DNA of 61,419 nucleotides, counting the filler. It is 10 parts of 10 records of this genome, joined end to end, with 100 filler letters (N's around TTAATTAATTAA, not from the genome) between each part and the next. Parts side by side here need not be neighbours in the genome. Positions count along the whole stretch, not along the records: positions 58,370 to 61,419 come from SRR7504441_5561; 9 more parts are not named here. One strand, given 5' to 3'. Positions within the stretch are counted from its first letter, which is position 1; each line of letters begins with the position of its first letter. Positions 59,657 through 61,419 of this stretch are shown here, one piece after another. Made by a program: the position numbers and the translations under genes. A model generated the notes under the pieces. That model made no database searches. It saw only the letters and a program-made list of their open reading frames with translations, and was not told where the DNA came from.

Positions 59657-61258
59657 ATGTCGTGCTCTGCGGTGTTCATCCTGGATGCCAAGGGCAAGAT
59701 CATCATCAACCGCAACTACCGCGGGGACATCCCAATGACAGTGGCCGAGAAGTTCTCCCAGTACATTTCCGAGACTGAGGAGGAAGACCTACGGCCGGTC
59801 CTGCCCGCGCCCCTGGCCCCGGCCCACGCCGGCCGGCCCAGGTGGTTGTCGACAACGGGGTTGTGTTTTGCTACGTCAAGTACAACAACCTGTACCTTCT
59901 GGCCGTCACCAAGCGCAATGCCAACGCTGCGGTGATCGTGCTCTTCCTGTACCGTTTGGTCCACGTGCGTTCGCTGGCCGGGGGGTAGGGTCAAGCGAGG
60001 GGGGCAGGTGTTTAAAAACTACTTCAAGGAGCTGGAGGAGGAGAGCATTCGGGACAACTTTGTGATCATCTACGAGCTGCTCGACGAGATGATGGACTTT
60101 GGGTACCCGCAGGTCCGCCCAGCACCTGTGGCCCCGGGGCCAGCGGCGGCAGACCACCGAGCCCAAGATCCTCAAGGAGTTCATCCTGCAGGAGGGCCAC
60201 AAGGCGCCCCCTCCCCGCCCGCAGCTGCCGGCTGACCGCCTGCCCGCAGCTTGAGGTAAAACCACCGATGGCAGTAACCAACGCTGTGTCCTGGCGGAGC
60301 GAAGGGATCAAATACCGGAAGAACGAGATCTTCCTGGACGTGATCGAGTCGGTCAACCTGCTTGTCTCCGGGAGCGGGTGCCTCCCCGGCTGGCAAGGGC
60401 TCACGCGCTTGCAGTGCGATCCTCCGTTCGGAGATCCTCGGAGCGCTCAAGATGCGGTCGTACCTGTCCGGGATGCCTGAACTCAAACTGGGGCTCAACG
60501 ACCGCGTGCTGTTCGAGCAGGCCGGGCGCAGCGTGGGCAAGGTGCCGCGGCAGCTTGCCCATCAGCTGAGCCTGGCCCGCCGCAGGGCAAGGCTGTCGAC
60601 CTCGAAGATATTAAGTTCCACCAGTGTGTCCGCCTGGCTCGGTTCGAAAACGACCGGACTATCTCGTTCATCCCGCCCGACGGCGAGTTCGAGCTCATGT
60701 CGTACCGGCTCTCCACGCAGGTTCGGCCGATCATTTGGATCGAAGCTGTCGTCGAGCCGCACTCGCATAGCAGGATCGAGTATATGATTAAGGCCAAATC
60801 GCAATTCAAGCAGCGATCCACGGCCAACAACGTCGAGATCCTGATCCCCGTCCCGCCGGATGCCTCCTCCCCAAGTGCTGTATCAGACTGGCCGCCCGCT
60901 GAGCAGGGGGGCGCAGGCTTCAAGACGAGCATCGGTTCGGTCAAGTATGCGCCGGAGCTGGATTGCATCATCTGGTCAATCAAGCAGTTCCAGGGCGGCA
61001 AGGAGTACCTGATGCGGGCGCACTTTGGGCTGCCTTCCGTTACGTGCGAGGACACGGATAAGAAGAAGCCTCTCTCAGTTAAGTTTGAGATTCCATACTT
61101 CACTGTGTCAGGGATACAGGCGGCTTCCAACGGCGGGCTCAGCTCAGCTGGTGGGGCAGGTGCGCTACTTGAAGATCATCGAGCGGAGTGGGTACCAGGC
61201 GCTGCCCTGGGTACGGTATATTACCCAGAACGGCACATATGAGCTGCGGATGGGCTGA
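59657..61258 (+). CDS. AP1M1: AP-1 complex subunit mu, 8 introns
   Basis: [64 protein letters not shown] and [14 protein letters not shown]. Confidence 0.97.
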
Positions 61259-61419
61259 TCGGGCCGCTGGCGCGAATAGCTAGCATAGCGCAGCTCTAGG
61301 CTGGTCGAGCCGGCTCGAGACAAAATCAGGTCAGATGTCAATCAAGAATCAGCAATCAACCTGATTTTATATTCATGATTAAATAGATGCTCAGATACAT
61401 GTACTCACAGAGTCCCCGC

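Overview
Eukaryotic nuclear DNA from a gene-dense, GC-rich protist, probably flagellated. It looks like a MAG/SAG-type assembly: ten contigs joined by nine artificial 100-bp linkers (N44-TTAATTAATTAA-N44). The genetic code is standard. About 38 protein genes were reconstructed by hand-splicing tiny (mostly 33-60 nt) spliceosomal introns. Recognisable genes include cytoplasmic dynein-1 heavy chain, seryl-tRNA synthetase, MetAP2, AP-1 mu, RNase kappa/V-ATPase f, a CDP-alcohol phosphotransferase, GH32 and PLAC8. The most notable feature is the genome's expression grammar. (i) About a quarter of introns in conserved genes use GC donors, always after an exonic AG, with degenerate donors and often G-rich acceptors. 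(ii) Genes sit in head-to-head pairs with only 35-140 bp between ATGs. (iii) A TAACGG(A) MYB-like motif recurs just upstream of start codons. (iv) A palindromic TACATGTA motif recurs in AT-rich intergenic/3' spacers. Several proteins are unusual: an intron-containing bacterial-type QueH with a mitochondrial-like presequence next to an RCC1-DUF2156 chimera, an AP2-Tudor-LysM protein, a zf-4CXXC_R1 + 3xAP2 protein, a cytochrome b5-flavoprotein fusion and an Sfi1-p25alpha fusion. No rRNA, tRNA or CRISPR was found. Exon boundaries and start codons are manual inferences, and family assignments come from motif recognition, not database searches.
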